NCBI GenBank assembly: GCA_028345515.1
Contig: JAOMDP010000012.1
Location: 462-64,461 of the forward strand
Direction of reading: 5' to 3'
Source of the DNA: Nitrospinota bacterium
Lineage (GTDB): Bacteria; Nitrospinota; Nitrospinia; Nitrospinales; VA-1
DNA length: 64,000 nt
Of the stretch, positions 21,701 through 31,879 are shown piece after piece. Each line of letters opens with the position of its first letter. The stretch's first letter is position 1. A program made the position numbers and the translations under genes. The notes under the pieces were generated by a model. The model searched no databases, was not told the DNA's origin, and was given only the letters and a program-made list of their open reading frames with translations.

Positions 21701-22058
21701 GAATAGCCCTCAAAACTTCCCGATGAGACAGTTCTTGATTACCAAGGACGACCTTTTCTTCCTGTGAAACATCTTTTAAAGCTTCATCAATGCTTTCTTC
21801 AGTGATTCGCCCTTCCTGAAAGTACTTGCGGTACTCACTATTGGGAAGATAACCTCGACCCCTTAAAAACCGTTCTGCTTCATTTATAGCTTTTTCAAAA
21901 GGGAAATGTTCCAAACCATGAAGCGGATTGTGGTGAATAAACGTTTTCATCGGCCAAAAATGCGATACCGGTTCGCACGCCAGATGGACAAGGGAACTTA
22001 ATTCTGCTCTCTCTGATTCACTTGGCGTAACGCTTTTTTTATCTTCGAGCGTATTCAT
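18798..22058 (-). CDS. dabA: DUF2309/UPF0753 inorganic carbon transporter soluble subunit (DabA/MpsB)
   Basis: WPMKTFIHHNPL, FCIDVRSE, LCGH, LDCGACGG (beta-CA-like Zn ligands), VRPEWGL, HEPMRL. Confidence 0.95.
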   Translation of the reverse strand: MNTLEDKKSVTPSESERAELSSLVHLACEPVSHFWPMKTFIHHNPLHGLEHFPFEKAINEAERFLRGRGYLPNSEYRKYFQEGRITEESIDEALKDVSQEEKVVLGNQELSHREVLRAILIHGTGQVALDVCSTVLRNSHSQSEIKNIFEKIQTLSKNKERKEFLRDHAKRDEKDLATEYTIAEWFDQTFQADLQDQINRQIIKYIGGFLDEGHAPWGMPGREKNLYTVWKELSLEDDSGIILGIQDWQSKILSMPDQPEDAVLESLSFLGIPKNLWESYFSLQLAQLAGWTGFIKWRAEQTNYDWQNAFPADLIQYMAIRLFYEREMVTQACQKQLGISGTYDSIIECLNNHPTGYGLYKEFRSGMLSDDAVDNLNISPFTKSPLSLGDLEECDASLVSKLEQIRKRQETENQTLKIIHLAQSLNISIKDAGDSSPDVLNSLLDWVEEFPESQHGLIWLEAFESSYLKSFIKKISPNLENLINSDKIEEAEKKPLGSRPLFQALFCIDVRSECFRRNFEEIGEIETFGFAGFFGVPLCYQGFSHELKTDQCPVLLKPKHVVKEIPRDDQDKAAKKFLEGKEITKAGHTLLHDLKENVVTPYVMVEAIGWFFGFKLFGKTLKPKWFKKAMSWITGGLDTSLGTKLTVDKISPDEAYDMVALKQRGTIYKLLAEKYNKDNSSVLDDQVERLRKIALNQFQSSSSESDELLRLLKWKDSDLDQFINLLRSEFNLHEADVDNQMQALTELGLTESEQLNYVETALRILGFTKTYARLVLLCGHFSTSDNNPYESALDCGACGGNHGISNARALAAMANNPKIRETLAKKGIAIPHDTHFIPGQQDTVTDEVKLFDLEDVPATHQQDLIELQQALKEAREKTNLERLLRLPDVTGKEGITEATPVAKVRSMDWSQVRPEWGLSNHTAFVMGRRSLTQEINFEGRTFLHSYDPAQDPDGKYLEIIMTAPMIVTNWINMEHYFSTVDPMVYGAGSKVYHNVTGNIGVMYGSESDLCCGLPLQTVFNGERPYHEPMRLFCVIEAPLERIEMLVGRHEILQRLTENRWVNLVAIEPGTMKFFFFKSQREWKSIN

Positions 22059-22104
22059 GTTTTGGTTTCGTTTTCCTCTTAATAGGTTGAAACTGATTGA
22101 TGCA

Positions 22105-23340
22105 TTAGAAAATTATTCCACTATAAGCCGCGGCTAATAGTAATACGGATATTGAAAAAACTTCTTTGGGTCCTAAATCAAAATATGGAACATCCGTGCG
22201 TGCCTCTCCAAAGGCTGTTTGGTGAAGCATATTTATAAAATACCAACTCCCTCCCAACCAAACCACAGAAAATAGGAGTGAAATCATGACGACACCTACA
22301 TCTTGAGTTTCAATGGTGGGCATGACTCCCAACCCTAAATAGGCTGGAAATAAAGGTAAAAATAGGGCGAAGCTCACAAAGAGTACCATTGCCACTCCTA
22401 ACCGAGGCATCCTCGAGAGGAGCCCTGGAAGGTTTCCAATGGTTTTCCACCCATAACGATTTTGAACAAAGGCAAAGGTAAGAGAAATACCACCCATCAC
22501 AAGTGCCAAAGTTATACCAAATGGAATTCCCCACTTTGGAAAATTCGTAAATACTTGGAGCAGTCCCCAAATAAGCGCCGAATGGGCTAAGGTCGCTGAA
22601 GCAACGAACAAACTATTAACCTTTTGACCCAATGACGCTAATGAGGCATAGATCGCACTGAGTATAGCTAAGAGGCTTAAAATAAAAAGTATTTCAGCTG
22701 TTAAAAAAGAGTAAATTGTTTTTAATTCACCAAGTCCGATCATTAGCCAAACAACAATCCAAAAACTTGAGAGAGTTCCTTTAGCATCTTTAATTGTTCT
22801 AACAAACGGGAGATGAAAGGGCGCCAGCGGCAAGAAAGTCAAAGCAAGGAACAAGCCAGCAAGCATTTGAGAAGTTTCTCCCATGAATATAGAACTCAAG
22901 GAGAAGGTGATTGCAAACACTATATGAAGTAATATTATTTTCGTGCGAAATGTCTTTTGTTGTTCTTGATTTAGAGAGCTTGCGATGTAACCTAACAGTC
23001 CACAGAGAAAAATCCGCCCCATGATTGCCTCATTGAGAAGAGCTCCAAGGCCAAAGCCGAGAACTATCATGATTGAAGCATAGATAGAAGACCCATGTTG
23101 CGAGTCTTCTTGGCTGAGAAGGGAGCAGAAACCTGAGAGAAGAACGGCACTTGCTAAAAATAGTATTGATGGTTCAGCCCCAATAGCCAACCGAATATAG
23201 ATCAAACCGCCTGCAAGAGCCCCAATAACAGTCAACCCCAAACTTTTACGGATAGTGGAAGAGCCATTGGAAAACTTCCATATCGCCCCCAAAATGATTG
23301 GAATCAGAGAAAGTACAAATGGAAGATTATTAATATGCAT
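22105..23340 (-). CDS. Degenerate NuoM/MrpD-like proton-conducting membrane subunit
   Basis: Highly hydrophobic; PLAPFH, ATLAHS, LPGLLSRMPRL resemble Proton_antipo_M motifs; 16 nt downstream of dabB. Confidence 0.75.
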   Translation of the reverse strand: MHINNLPFVLSLIPIILGAIWKFSNGSSTIRKSLGLTVIGALAGGLIYIRLAIGAEPSILFLASAVLLSGFCSLLSQEDSQHGSSIYASIMIVLGFGLGALLNEAIMGRIFLCGLLGYIASSLNQEQQKTFRTKIILLHIVFAITFSLSSIFMGETSQMLAGLFLALTFLPLAPFHLPFVRTIKDAKGTLSSFWIVVWLMIGLGELKTIYSFLTAEILFILSLLAILSAIYASLASLGQKVNSLFVASATLAHSALIWGLLQVFTNFPKWGIPFGITLALVMGGISLTFAFVQNRYGWKTIGNLPGLLSRMPRLGVAMVLFVSFALFLPLFPAYLGLGVMPTIETQDVGVVMISLLFSVVWLGGSWYFINMLHQTAFGEARTDVPYFDLGPKEVFSISVLLLAAAYSGIIF

Positions 23341-23356
23341 AGTCTTTTTTCATTTA

Positions 23357-25045
23357 TCAAAAACCATGACCTAACTTTTGAGCTAGGCGTAAAATGTTCC
23401 TACTCCACCGCTCATAAACCAGGTCAATATAAAATCGGTTAATCAAAAGAATATAAAGTCGCTTTTTAATTGACTTGATCCATTGGACAATAAATATTTT
23501 TTGCCCTTTGGAATCGGCATAAACATAAACCCAGCTAATGAGAATGAGCAAGGTTGCCAATAAAACAAGCAAATCAAAAACAATTGGATTGAGTGCTGCG
23601 GCTAAAAAGAAACCATCCGCGACACCTGCCCCAGGATAAAGAAAGTGGGTAAAATCTTCTGCCGCCCAAAGATAGGTAAAACCGATAAAAAACAGCGAAA
23701 CAATCATTGCACTGGAAATTTTCCAGGAGGCCACGGCATGAAACCGAAACAAGCTAAACATGACTTGAGAAGCTGTCACCCAAGCAAAAAAGAGTAAAAT
23801 TACGGCCCCGTGCGCATTCTGTAGTGGGATATTCAACATATCATGCGCAACCATTAAAATAATCAGCGGTAAAACTAACGTGATAATTAAACCCGTGACA
23901 AAGCTTAATTGATTGGAAGATATTTTTACCTCATGCGCAGATGGATCAGGGAACTCAGGCTCTTCACGTGATGTATGGATACCTTGCCCTGAATGCAGGA
24001 ACAATGAAGCTTTAAAAAGCCCGTGCGCTATTAAATGAAAAATAGCAAGCGCAAATGCACCCAGTCCACATTCCATAATCATATAACCCATTTGTGCCAT
24101 GGTGGAAAACCCCAAGGTCTTCTTGATATCATTTTGCGCTAACATCATGGAAGCTCCCAAAATAACCGTCAGAAGACCAACCACAAAAACAATATGAAGA
24201 GTGTTTGGTGTAAGCGCATAGAAGGGAGCCAGACGATTCAACAGAAAACCCCCTGCATTAACAATGCCTGCATGCATTAGAGCTGATACAGGAGTTGGTG
24301 AATCCATGGTATCGGGTAACCATACGTGTAGAGGAAATTGAGAGGATTTAGCTATTGCGCCAACAAAAACTAATAGTCCAATTGCAGTAACAGCGCTGAT
24401 GTTAAACATTCCAGAGAAAAGTGAAATCATTTGAGGCTGTTCTGTCGCTAATCTAAAAAGTTCATTAAACTCTAAAGTACCGAAATATTTATAGGCAAGA
24501 AAAATTCCGCAAAGAAAGCTCGCATCACCAACACGATGGGCAAAAAAGGTTTTAAAAGCATTCTGACATGCCGGACGATTAGGAAAGTTAAATGCCAAAA
24601 TTAGGTAAAGCGCCAAACTTAATAATTGCCAAAATACAAAAAGCATAAACAAGTTCGGACTGGAAACGAGAGCAAGGATGACAAAAGTCATAAAGCTCAA
24701 CAGCGCGAAAAAGCGGGCATATCCAGGGTCGCCTTCCAAGTATCGAATTGAATAAACATGAATAACTATACTGACACTTGTGATCAATACCAGCATCACT
24801 GCGGTGAGGCGATCTACCAACATTCCAATTGTTAAAATGGGTGAATTGCCAGCGTTTAATGGCCAAAAAGTAAGATGGATTGGGCCCTGTATGCTTACAT
24901 AATAGAGAGTCCAAACCGATAAAAAGAAAGAAATGGTCGTTGAGATAACTCCTATCCTAGCAACATGACCAGAAATTTTCCTTCCAAAAACTCTAATGAT
25001 GATTCCGGCTAAAAGTGGGAATAGGAGGATAAGGACTTGGATCAT
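23357..25045 (-). CDS. dabB: NuoL/ND5-like membrane subunit of inorganic carbon transporter (DabB/MpsA)
   Basis: YSIRYLEGD, RVGD, AKSSQFPLHVWLP, PTPVSALMHAGIVNAGG, LIAHGLFKA; adjacent to the DUF2309 gene. Confidence 0.9.
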   Translation of the reverse strand: MIQVLILLFPLLAGIIIRVFGRKISGHVARIGVISTTISFFLSVWTLYYVSIQGPIHLTFWPLNAGNSPILTIGMLVDRLTAVMLVLITSVSIVIHVYSIRYLEGDPGYARFFALLSFMTFVILALVSSPNLFMLFVFWQLLSLALYLILAFNFPNRPACQNAFKTFFAHRVGDASFLCGIFLAYKYFGTLEFNELFRLATEQPQMISLFSGMFNISAVTAIGLLVFVGAIAKSSQFPLHVWLPDTMDSPTPVSALMHAGIVNAGGFLLNRLAPFYALTPNTLHIVFVVGLLTVILGASMMLAQNDIKKTLGFSTMAQMGYMIMECGLGAFALAIFHLIAHGLFKASLFLHSGQGIHTSREEPEFPDPSAHEVKISSNQLSFVTGLIITLVLPLIILMVAHDMLNIPLQNAHGAVILLFFAWVTASQVMFSLFRFHAVASWKISSAMIVSLFFIGFTYLWAAEDFTHFLYPGAGVADGFFLAAALNPIVFDLLVLLATLLILISWVYVYADSKGQKIFIVQWIKSIKKRLYILLINRFYIDLVYERWSRNILRLAQKLGHGF

Positions 25046-25278
25046 TTTAAAAATATTTAAATCTTAGAATAAAAATTGGAATAATTTATCAACTTATAAA
25101 ACCAAGGATTTTAATTCAAAACATTTAGATATTAAAGGATATTTTTATATGCATTTCGATTTTCAAATAATTAAATAAAATCTTGAAATGAGATGTTTTA
25201 TATAGATATAAGATTTGAGTTTTTTCTAAAAAATTGATTTTACCTGGGTTAGGACTCTATATTCGGCAAGTTTTTCTC

Positions 25279-26157
25279 TCAATCGAAATGTTCCTTGAAT
25301 TTATTTAAGAGCATATTAAGTTTTTCTTGGGCTTTACCATGCCCCTGATCCGCTGCAAGGCGGTACCACCTTATCGCTTCGTTATAATCCTGTGGAACCC
25401 CCTCCCCATTCTCAAATCTCATTCCCAAACCGAAATGAATTTGCGCCTCTGCTTTTTTAGTTGGGTTTAAAACGGGTTGTTCTTGTTCTATCTTTAGATT
25501 GATTTCGCTTGTTGTTGGTATTTTATTAGATTTTTCAGATTGAAATTTCTTTAGCTCTGGATTTTTTTCTTTTAAGCTTATAAATTCCTTTGAGGAATTG
25601 TAGGATTCACGTAAATTTTCCTTATTTTTATTTAAAAGCAAATTTAGCTTCTCTTGGGCTTTAGCAAGACCTTGATCTGACGCAAGTTGATACAAAGATA
25701 ATGCTTTTTGAGTATCTCTTGGTACCCCTTTACCCGTTTCAAACATCCACCCTAAATTGGTTTGCGCCTTGCCATTTCCTTGATCCGCTGCAAGAGTCAT
25801 CCATTTAATGGCCTTGCTATAATCTTTGTCCACTCCCTTCCCCTTACCATACATCAGGCCAAGGTTATACTGAGCTTTGGCAAGACCCTGTTCTGCTGCA
25901 AATTGAAACCATTTCTTTGCTTTGTTTAAATTTTTCTCAACTCCTTTTCCTTTTTCGTACATTACCCCCATATTGTATTGGGCATTGGCAAAACCTTTTT
26001 TTGCCAATGGAAGTATTAATTTAGCCGAAGTTCTATAATCCCCTTTGTTATAAGCGTCTATTGCTTTTTCATATTCAGCAACCCAAGCAATGGACGGGCC
26101 TATCAAAAACAACAAGATCAGACCCGTCAGAATAAATGTTAGTTTTTGTCTCTTCAT
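25279..26157 (-). CDS. Exported Sel1-repeat protein
   Basis: Signal peptide; repeated AQYNLG.MY..G.GV..D...A..W...AA.QG. Confidence 0.92.
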   Translation of the reverse strand: MKRQKLTFILTGLILLFLIGPSIAWVAEYEKAIDAYNKGDYRTSAKLILPLAKKGFANAQYNMGVMYEKGKGVEKNLNKAKKWFQFAAEQGLAKAQYNLGLMYGKGKGVDKDYSKAIKWMTLAADQGNGKAQTNLGWMFETGKGVPRDTQKALSLYQLASDQGLAKAQEKLNLLLNKNKENLRESYNSSKEFISLKEKNPELKKFQSEKSNKIPTTSEINLKIEQEQPVLNPTKKAEAQIHFGLGMRFENGEGVPQDYNEAIRWYRLAADQGHGKAQEKLNMLLNKFKEHFD

Positions 26158-26358
26158 TTTATCAACTTACAGGCTTAGCCTAGAACATGTAACCTATCTT
26201 TCAAAAATTATGTATTTAGGTTTTCAGAAAGAATCTGCAAATCGATTTTTAGATCTCTTGTGAATTTTTCCCGTTGGAAGTAAATATCTTTAACCATAAA
26301 TTTTTAATCTATTATTGCCAATAAGGGTCCTAACTTTTTTACGATGATAGCAGTTTTA

Positions 26359-28419
26359 CTAGCGCGGGCTAGCCGCAATGTTGCCACCATCGATAGTAAT
26401 AATGCTGCCCGTGGTTTTTTCTGCTAGGGCTAAGTTAAGGAACCCACGAGCTACATCGGTGTCATACACTTCCTGCTGCAATAAATTGGATTTAAAATAC
26501 TCATCCGCTGAAAGACCTCGAGCAGCAGCACGTTCGGTCACAACCTCTTCCGAAAAAAGAGAAGTGCGAATACGATCCGCATTAATGGCATTGGAGCGTA
26601 TACCATGTTCCCCATAATCTAACGCATACTGTTTGGTCAATGCCACCATAGCGGCTTTCGGAAGAGCGTAAGGACCAAAATTTTTCCCAGGATTGAAAGC
26701 TGCCTTGGACGCGTTGAACAACAGCACGCCCCCCGTTTTCTGAATTTGAAAAAGACGCACCGCCTCGGAAGCTAGAACCTGATGCGCAAAAAAGTTTAAC
26801 TCGAAACTCTGGCGCAATGTTTTCATATCCACTTTACCTATCTCACCTTGCAATGCGTTTCCTGCGTTCGATATTAAAAAATCAACCCCACCATAATCTT
26901 CAACCACTTCAGAAAACGATTGCCTTACTGCTTCTTCATCAACCACATTCAATACTTGCACAGCGACACCCACTTGGAATTTTTTTCGAATCGAATCCCC
27001 TACTTCATGGAGTTTCTCTTCTGATAAATCCACCAAGTATAGGTTTGCACCATGTTCCGCAAATAGTTTAGCTGTTGCTAAACCGATACCCGAAGCTGCT
27101 CCAGTAATATAAGCCACTTTACCTTGCAATAATGGAGCTTTACTTTTCCCTAGCTTTGCCTGCTCAAGAGACCAGTACTCCATATCGAACAAATCATCGG
27201 ACTTCAAAGGAACGTAGTTTCCTATCGAAAATGATTTATGAATGATATCCATTGTGTGTTGATAAATATCTGCAGAAATTTTTGTTTCTTTAACAGTTTT
27301 GCCTATGGTTAAAAGACCCAGTCCCACAACTAAGATCACTCTAGGCAAGGGATCCAATTCGGTTTTATCAACACCTTTAGCGGCTAAATTAGTTTTAAAA
27401 TAATGGTGATAATTTTCAGAATAGTTTTCTAAAGCAGATGCAACTTCATCCCGCAAAACCTCGGGGTCTTGCCATTGTTTTAAATTTAGTAAAAGTGGTT
27501 TTTGTTTTGTGCGAATAACGTGGTCTGGTGTTGCGGTGCCTATCTGCGACCAGGTTAAACATTCCTTACTGGTAGCAAATGCCTTGGCTTTCTCATCTTT
27601 TCTATGATGTACCACCCAGGATTTGGCTGTTTTACTGTTATATAAACCACGCAGCAATGGAGCTAGTGCATTGAACAGTTTTTTTTCACCCACATTTATT
27701 GTGGGTGCGTGTATTGGAGTAAATGCTTTAGGTTGATTTTTAGCAATATATTCCTCAGCTTTTGTGACTGCTTGAATATGTCGATCATAACTTTCTTTAG
27801 CAGTCGATCCAAAAGTGAACAAACCATGATTGATCAGCATCAGACCCTCAACTGTCTTATCTTTTTCGTAAATTTCAGCGGAAAGCTTTGCTAGCGCAAA
27901 CCCTGGCATTATGTATGGAACAATACCAATGGTTTTCCCATAAATCTCCTGACATATTTTATCCGCATGCGGTTGATTGGCTATTACCAAGCTTGCATCC
28001 GCATGCGAATGATCAATAAATTTATGCGGCAAAAATGCATGTAGCAGGGTTTCTACGGAAGGATTTGGAGAAGAGGCATCCAGAAGGTGCGTCCGCTGTT
28101 CGTTGACCATATCTTCATCGGTCAAAGAATCCAACTCTCTCAGCTTGATAAGGTGATCCAACAAAACACCAGGAAGTCCGGGAGGCTCCAGAGTATCCAG
28201 ATCCCATCCGCTTCCCTTGACATAGAGAACATCAACTTCTTCATTGACTTTATTGAGAGTCCGTGATTTGACAGACGTATTACCTCCTCCATGTAGCACA
28301 AGCGCAGAATCTGCTCCAATCAAACGTGACGTATAAACGCGTAGGGCTATGTCTTCATGAACATTCTTGTATTTTTCAATCGCCGCCTTAGCAGACGAAT
28401 CTTTCCATTTATTTTCCAT
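26359..28419 (-). CDS. Bifunctional class II aldolase / short-chain dehydrogenase (RhaD-like fusion)
   Basis: LHGGGNTS, PSVETLLH, HSHAD, NHGL; SDR TGAASGIG and YALPK. Confidence 0.93.
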   Translation of the reverse strand: MENKWKDSSAKAAIEKYKNVHEDIALRVYTSRLIGADSALVLHGGGNTSVKSRTLNKVNEEVDVLYVKGSGWDLDTLEPPGLPGVLLDHLIKLRELDSLTDEDMVNEQRTHLLDASSPNPSVETLLHAFLPHKFIDHSHADASLVIANQPHADKICQEIYGKTIGIVPYIMPGFALAKLSAEIYEKDKTVEGLMLINHGLFTFGSTAKESYDRHIQAVTKAEEYIAKNQPKAFTPIHAPTINVGEKKLFNALAPLLRGLYNSKTAKSWVVHHRKDEKAKAFATSKECLTWSQIGTATPDHVIRTKQKPLLLNLKQWQDPEVLRDEVASALENYSENYHHYFKTNLAAKGVDKTELDPLPRVILVVGLGLLTIGKTVKETKISADIYQHTMDIIHKSFSIGNYVPLKSDDLFDMEYWSLEQAKLGKSKAPLLQGKVAYITGAASGIGLATAKLFAEHGANLYLVDLSEEKLHEVGDSIRKKFQVGVAVQVLNVVDEEAVRQSFSEVVEDYGGVDFLISNAGNALQGEIGKVDMKTLRQSFELNFFAHQVLASEAVRLFQIQKTGGVLLFNASKAAFNPGKNFGPYALPKAAMVALTKQYALDYGEHGIRSNAINADRIRTSLFSEEVVTERAAARGLSADEYFKSNLLQQEVYDTDVARGFLNLALAEKTTGSIITIDGGNIAASPR

Positions 28420-28669
28420 AATTATTCCCTAAAACTATCGCCTTCATTTGTTTGCATCGATGGACGTCAAACATCCCCTAATCATAAAGAATTATAGTTG
28501 GAATTAAGGGTTGAGGGAAAAGAATTTCGACAAAAATAAAAAATCCTCCCCCCTAACTCTTTGTTTATCATAAATGTGCGGGGTGATCAAAAAATGGTCT
28601 TTGTGTTTTCTTAAATTCCTGATACAAAGCGTGCTGAATTGATACTATTTCTGTGTTAAGGTTCCCAAA

Positions 28670-28918
28670 ATGCTTGCCCAAATACATGTAACATTCAAGG
28701 AAGGTGTTCTCGATCCACAGGGGAAAACAGTTCACCACGCACTAAACAATTTGGGCTACGATGAAGTAATGGATGTACACATTGGAAAGTATCTGGAAGT
28801 CAAACTTGACTCTGTTTCTGAGGAAGAAGCCGAAATACGAGTACGGGAAATGTGTGAACGGCTTTTGGCAAATACAGTTATTGAATCCTTCCATTTCAAA
28901 CTGGTCTCCACTGAATAA
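28670..28918 (+). CDS. purS: FGAM synthase subunit PurS
   Basis: GVLDPQG, LLANTVIE. Confidence 0.96.
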   Translation: MLAQIHVTFKEGVLDPQGKTVHHALNNLGYDEVMDVHIGKYLEVKLDSVSEEEAEIRVREMCERLLANTVIESFHFKLVSTE

Positions 28919-28943
28919 TATCTACTAATCGAATCGGTCAAAC

Positions 28944-29633
28944 ATGAAGTGTGGCATAGTTGTTTTTCCTGGATCAAATTGCGACCACGATTGCTACCAC
29001 ATTCTTAATAAGGTGTTGGGGCAGGAAACCCACTGGCTGTGGCATAAAGACGATATCGACCTGAGTTCTTTTGATTTAGTGGTGCTACCTGGTGGGTTTT
29101 CTTATGGAGACTACCTTCGTGCAGGGGCTATATCCCGTTTTTCTCCTATCATAAACTCCGTGATCCTTTTTGCAGAAAAAGGAGGAAAAGTCCTTGGAAT
29201 TTGCAATGGTTTTCAAATTCTACTCGAATCCGGCCTCTTACCAGGTGCCTTGATACAAAACCATACGAGAAAATTTATTTGCAAAAATATATTTATCCGA
29301 GTCGAAACCATAAACACTCCATTCACCCAGGAGTGTAAAGACCAATCAGTGCTCCAAATCCCTATCGCACATCACCAAGGCAGCTATTATATTGACCCGA
29401 ATTCTCTAAAAGATATGGAAGAACGGGGACAAATCCTCTTTCGTTATTGTGATGCAAAAGGTAAGGTCACTGCAGAAAGTAATCCCAATGGTTCTGTTAG
29501 CTCTGTTGCTGGGCTTTGTAATGAAAAGAAAAATGTGATGGGTATGATGCCGCATCCTGAGCGTTGTGCGGACCCATTGCTGGGAAATATAGACGGACAA
29601 AATATTTTTCAATCTTTACTCTCTCAAAGCTGA
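28944..29633 (+). CDS. purQ: FGAM synthase glutaminase subunit PurQ
   Basis: [31 protein letters not shown]. Confidence 0.97.
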   Translation: MKCGIVVFPGSNCDHDCYHILNKVLGQETHWLWHKDDIDLSSFDLVVLPGGFSYGDYLRAGAISRFSPIINSVILFAEKGGKVLGICNGFQILLESGLLPGALIQNHTRKFICKNIFIRVETINTPFTQECKDQSVLQIPIAHHQGSYYIDPNSLKDMEERGQILFRYCDAKGKVTAESNPNGSVSSVAGLCNEKKNVMGMMPHPERCADPLLGNIDGQNIFQSLLSQS

Positions 29634-29641
29634 AAATAGAA

Positions 29642-31879
29642 ATGCATAACGAACCTGAAATCTCTTCACAGCTTGTCAAAGACCACGGATTAACCAGCGA
29701 CGAATATAAACGGATTCTTGATTTAATTGGTCGATCTCCCAATTTTACCGAGTTGGGTATTTTTTCTGTGATGTGGAGTGAGCATTGCAGTTACAAGAGC
29801 TCACGACCATTTTTAAAAAAATTGCCTACTGAAGGTCCTCGAGTTCTGCAAGGCCCTGGAGAAAATGCCGGGGTCATCGATATTGGTGACGGATTTGCAG
29901 TGGTGTTTAAAATTGAAAGCCATAATCATCCTTCTTTCATCGAGCCACATCAGGGTGCCGCAACTGGTGTAGGCGGAATCATGCGCGATATTTTCACTAT
30001 GGGTGCCCGACCCATTGCCTTGATGGACTCTTTACGCTTTGGAGAACTGGATGATTCGCGTACAAGATTCTTACTTAACGGAGTTGTCGATGGCATTTCC
30101 AATTATGGAAACTGTACCGGTGTTCCGACGGTAGGCGGCGAAGTTTATTTTGACTCCTGCTATAACGGTAATATTCTCGTCAATGCCTTTTGTTTAGGAC
30201 TAGCTAAATCAGACGGAATCTTTCTTGCCAAAGCCGGTGGTGCCGGTAATCTTATATTATACGTCGGCTCAAAAACAGGTCGTGATGGTATTCATGGTGC
30301 TAGCCTGCTTGCTTCTTCCGAGTTTGATGAAACCACAGAAGATAAAAGACCCACCGTACAGGTGGGCGATCCTTTTACCGAAAAACTATTAATCGAAGCT
30401 TGCCTTGAGATAATGGAATTTGACTGGGTGGTGGGTGTACAAGATATGGGGGCTGCAGGGCTTACCTCATCCTCATTTGAAATGGCTCACCGTTCAAAGG
30501 CAGGCGTTAGAATGGATTTATCAAAAGTCCCATTAAGAGAAAAAGGGATGACACCCTATGAAATCTTATTATCCGAATCACAAGAGAGGATGTTATTTGT
30601 AATTAAACCCGGGCATGAAGAAAAAGCCATCTCAATCCTTGAAAAATGGGGTCTCGATGCAGCAGTTATTGGTGAGGTTATTGAAGAACCTGAGGTTCAT
30701 ATCAATTTTGAAAACAAAGAAGTAGTAAACCTGCCAACCTTCCCTGTTGTGGATGGAGCTTTGGACTTGAAACGTGATACACGGCCTCCCGACTATCTCG
30801 ACCAGATAGGACAATTAAATTTAATAGAACTACCAGAGCCTAAACGAGGCGATAAAGCATTTATAAAACTACTTGCCTGCCCAAATATTGCTAGTAAAGA
30901 ATGGGTCTATGAACAATATGATCATATGGTGCGCTTAAATACGTTAGTTTTACCAGGATCTGATGCGGCCGTTTTACGTATCAAAGACACAAAAAAAGCG
31001 GTAGCTATTTCAGTCGATTGTAATAGTCGCTTCTGCTATCTCGATCCCTATGAGGGTGCAGCGATCGCCGTAGCTGAGGGTTGCCGCAATGTTGTTTGTT
31101 CGGGAGCCACACCCATAGGTCTTACCAATTGTCTTAATTTTGGAAATCCTGAAAAACCTGAAATCATGTGGCAGTTTGAGCAGGCAGTTCAGGGAATCGG
31201 TGATGCCTGCCGTTATTTTGACATTCCTGTAGTCAGTGGAAACGTTAGCCTATATAATGAAACCAAAGGGCAAGCTATTTTTCCCACCCCCACCGTTGCA
31301 GTGGTGGGTCTGATTGAAGATCAGACGAAAACCATGACGCAGGGATTTAAAAAACCCGGGCATTGTATCGGGCTCATTGGCTTTACCATGGAAGAACTGG
31401 GAGGCAGTGAATACCTTAAAGTTTTATTTGATAAAAATGAGGGGAAACCGCCCGTTCTTGATCGAAAGCAGGAGAAACATGTACAAAAATTCTGTTTGGA
31501 GCTCACACATAAAGAACTCATTCAATCCGCCCACGACTGTTCTGAAGGAGGCTTAGTAATTGCGGTGGCAGAATCCTGTTTTTCCTCTCCAGAAGAAACT
31601 TTAGGGGCAACGATAGAATTTGAATCCACGCTTCGAGGTGATGCTCTAATGTTCAGCGAATCACAATCTCGAATTGTTATTTCGTTTCCGGAAGAATTAA
31701 AAAATCAAATAGAAAAACTGGCTTTATCCTATTCCATGGACTTTTCAGTAATAGGAAAAACGGGGGGTTCCCAATTCACCGTAAATATCAATAGCCAGGA
31801 GTACATAAAGCAAGATATTGAAACAATAAAAGAAATCTGGAAAACTTCTTTAGGGCGCTATGCTGGACAAACTACATGA
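29642..31879 (+). CDS. purL: FGAM synthase subunit PurL (start moved to the ATG at 29642)
   Basis: [38 protein letters not shown]. Confidence 0.97.
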   Translation: MHNEPEISSQLVKDHGLTSDEYKRILDLIGRSPNFTELGIFSVMWSEHCSYKSSRPFLKKLPTEGPRVLQGPGENAGVIDIGDGFAVVFKIESHNHPSFIEPHQGAATGVGGIMRDIFTMGARPIALMDSLRFGELDDSRTRFLLNGVVDGISNYGNCTGVPTVGGEVYFDSCYNGNILVNAFCLGLAKSDGIFLAKAGGAGNLILYVGSKTGRDGIHGASLLASSEFDETTEDKRPTVQVGDPFTEKLLIEACLEIMEFDWVVGVQDMGAAGLTSSSFEMAHRSKAGVRMDLSKVPLREKGMTPYEILLSESQERMLFVIKPGHEEKAISILEKWGLDAAVIGEVIEEPEVHINFENKEVVNLPTFPVVDGALDLKRDTRPPDYLDQIGQLNLIELPEPKRGDKAFIKLLACPNIASKEWVYEQYDHMVRLNTLVLPGSDAAVLRIKDTKKAVAISVDCNSRFCYLDPYEGAAIAVAEGCRNVVCSGATPIGLTNCLNFGNPEKPEIMWQFEQAVQGIGDACRYFDIPVVSGNVSLYNETKGQAIFPTPTVAVVGLIEDQTKTMTQGFKKPGHCIGLIGFTMEELGGSEYLKVLFDKNEGKPPVLDRKQEKHVQKFCLELTHKELIQSAHDCSEGGLVIAVAESCFSSPEETLGATIEFESTLRGDALMFSESQSRIVISFPEELKNQIEKLALSYSMDFSVIGKTGGSQFTVNINSQEYIKQDIETIKEIWKTSLGRYAGQTT

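Noticed and set aside
22105-25045. Respiratory complex I (nuoL/nuoM) fragment
   Set aside because: No other nuo genes; adjacency to DUF2309 and the HAGIVNAGG motif indicate DAB
25279-26157. Nucleotide repeats in the Sel1 gene as a mobile or diversifying element
   Set aside because: Explained by ordinary Sel1 protein repeats
29564-29641. Longer PurL N-terminus from the ORF track
   Set aside because: It overlaps purQ by 70 nt; the ATG at 29642 just after the purQ stop is more plausible
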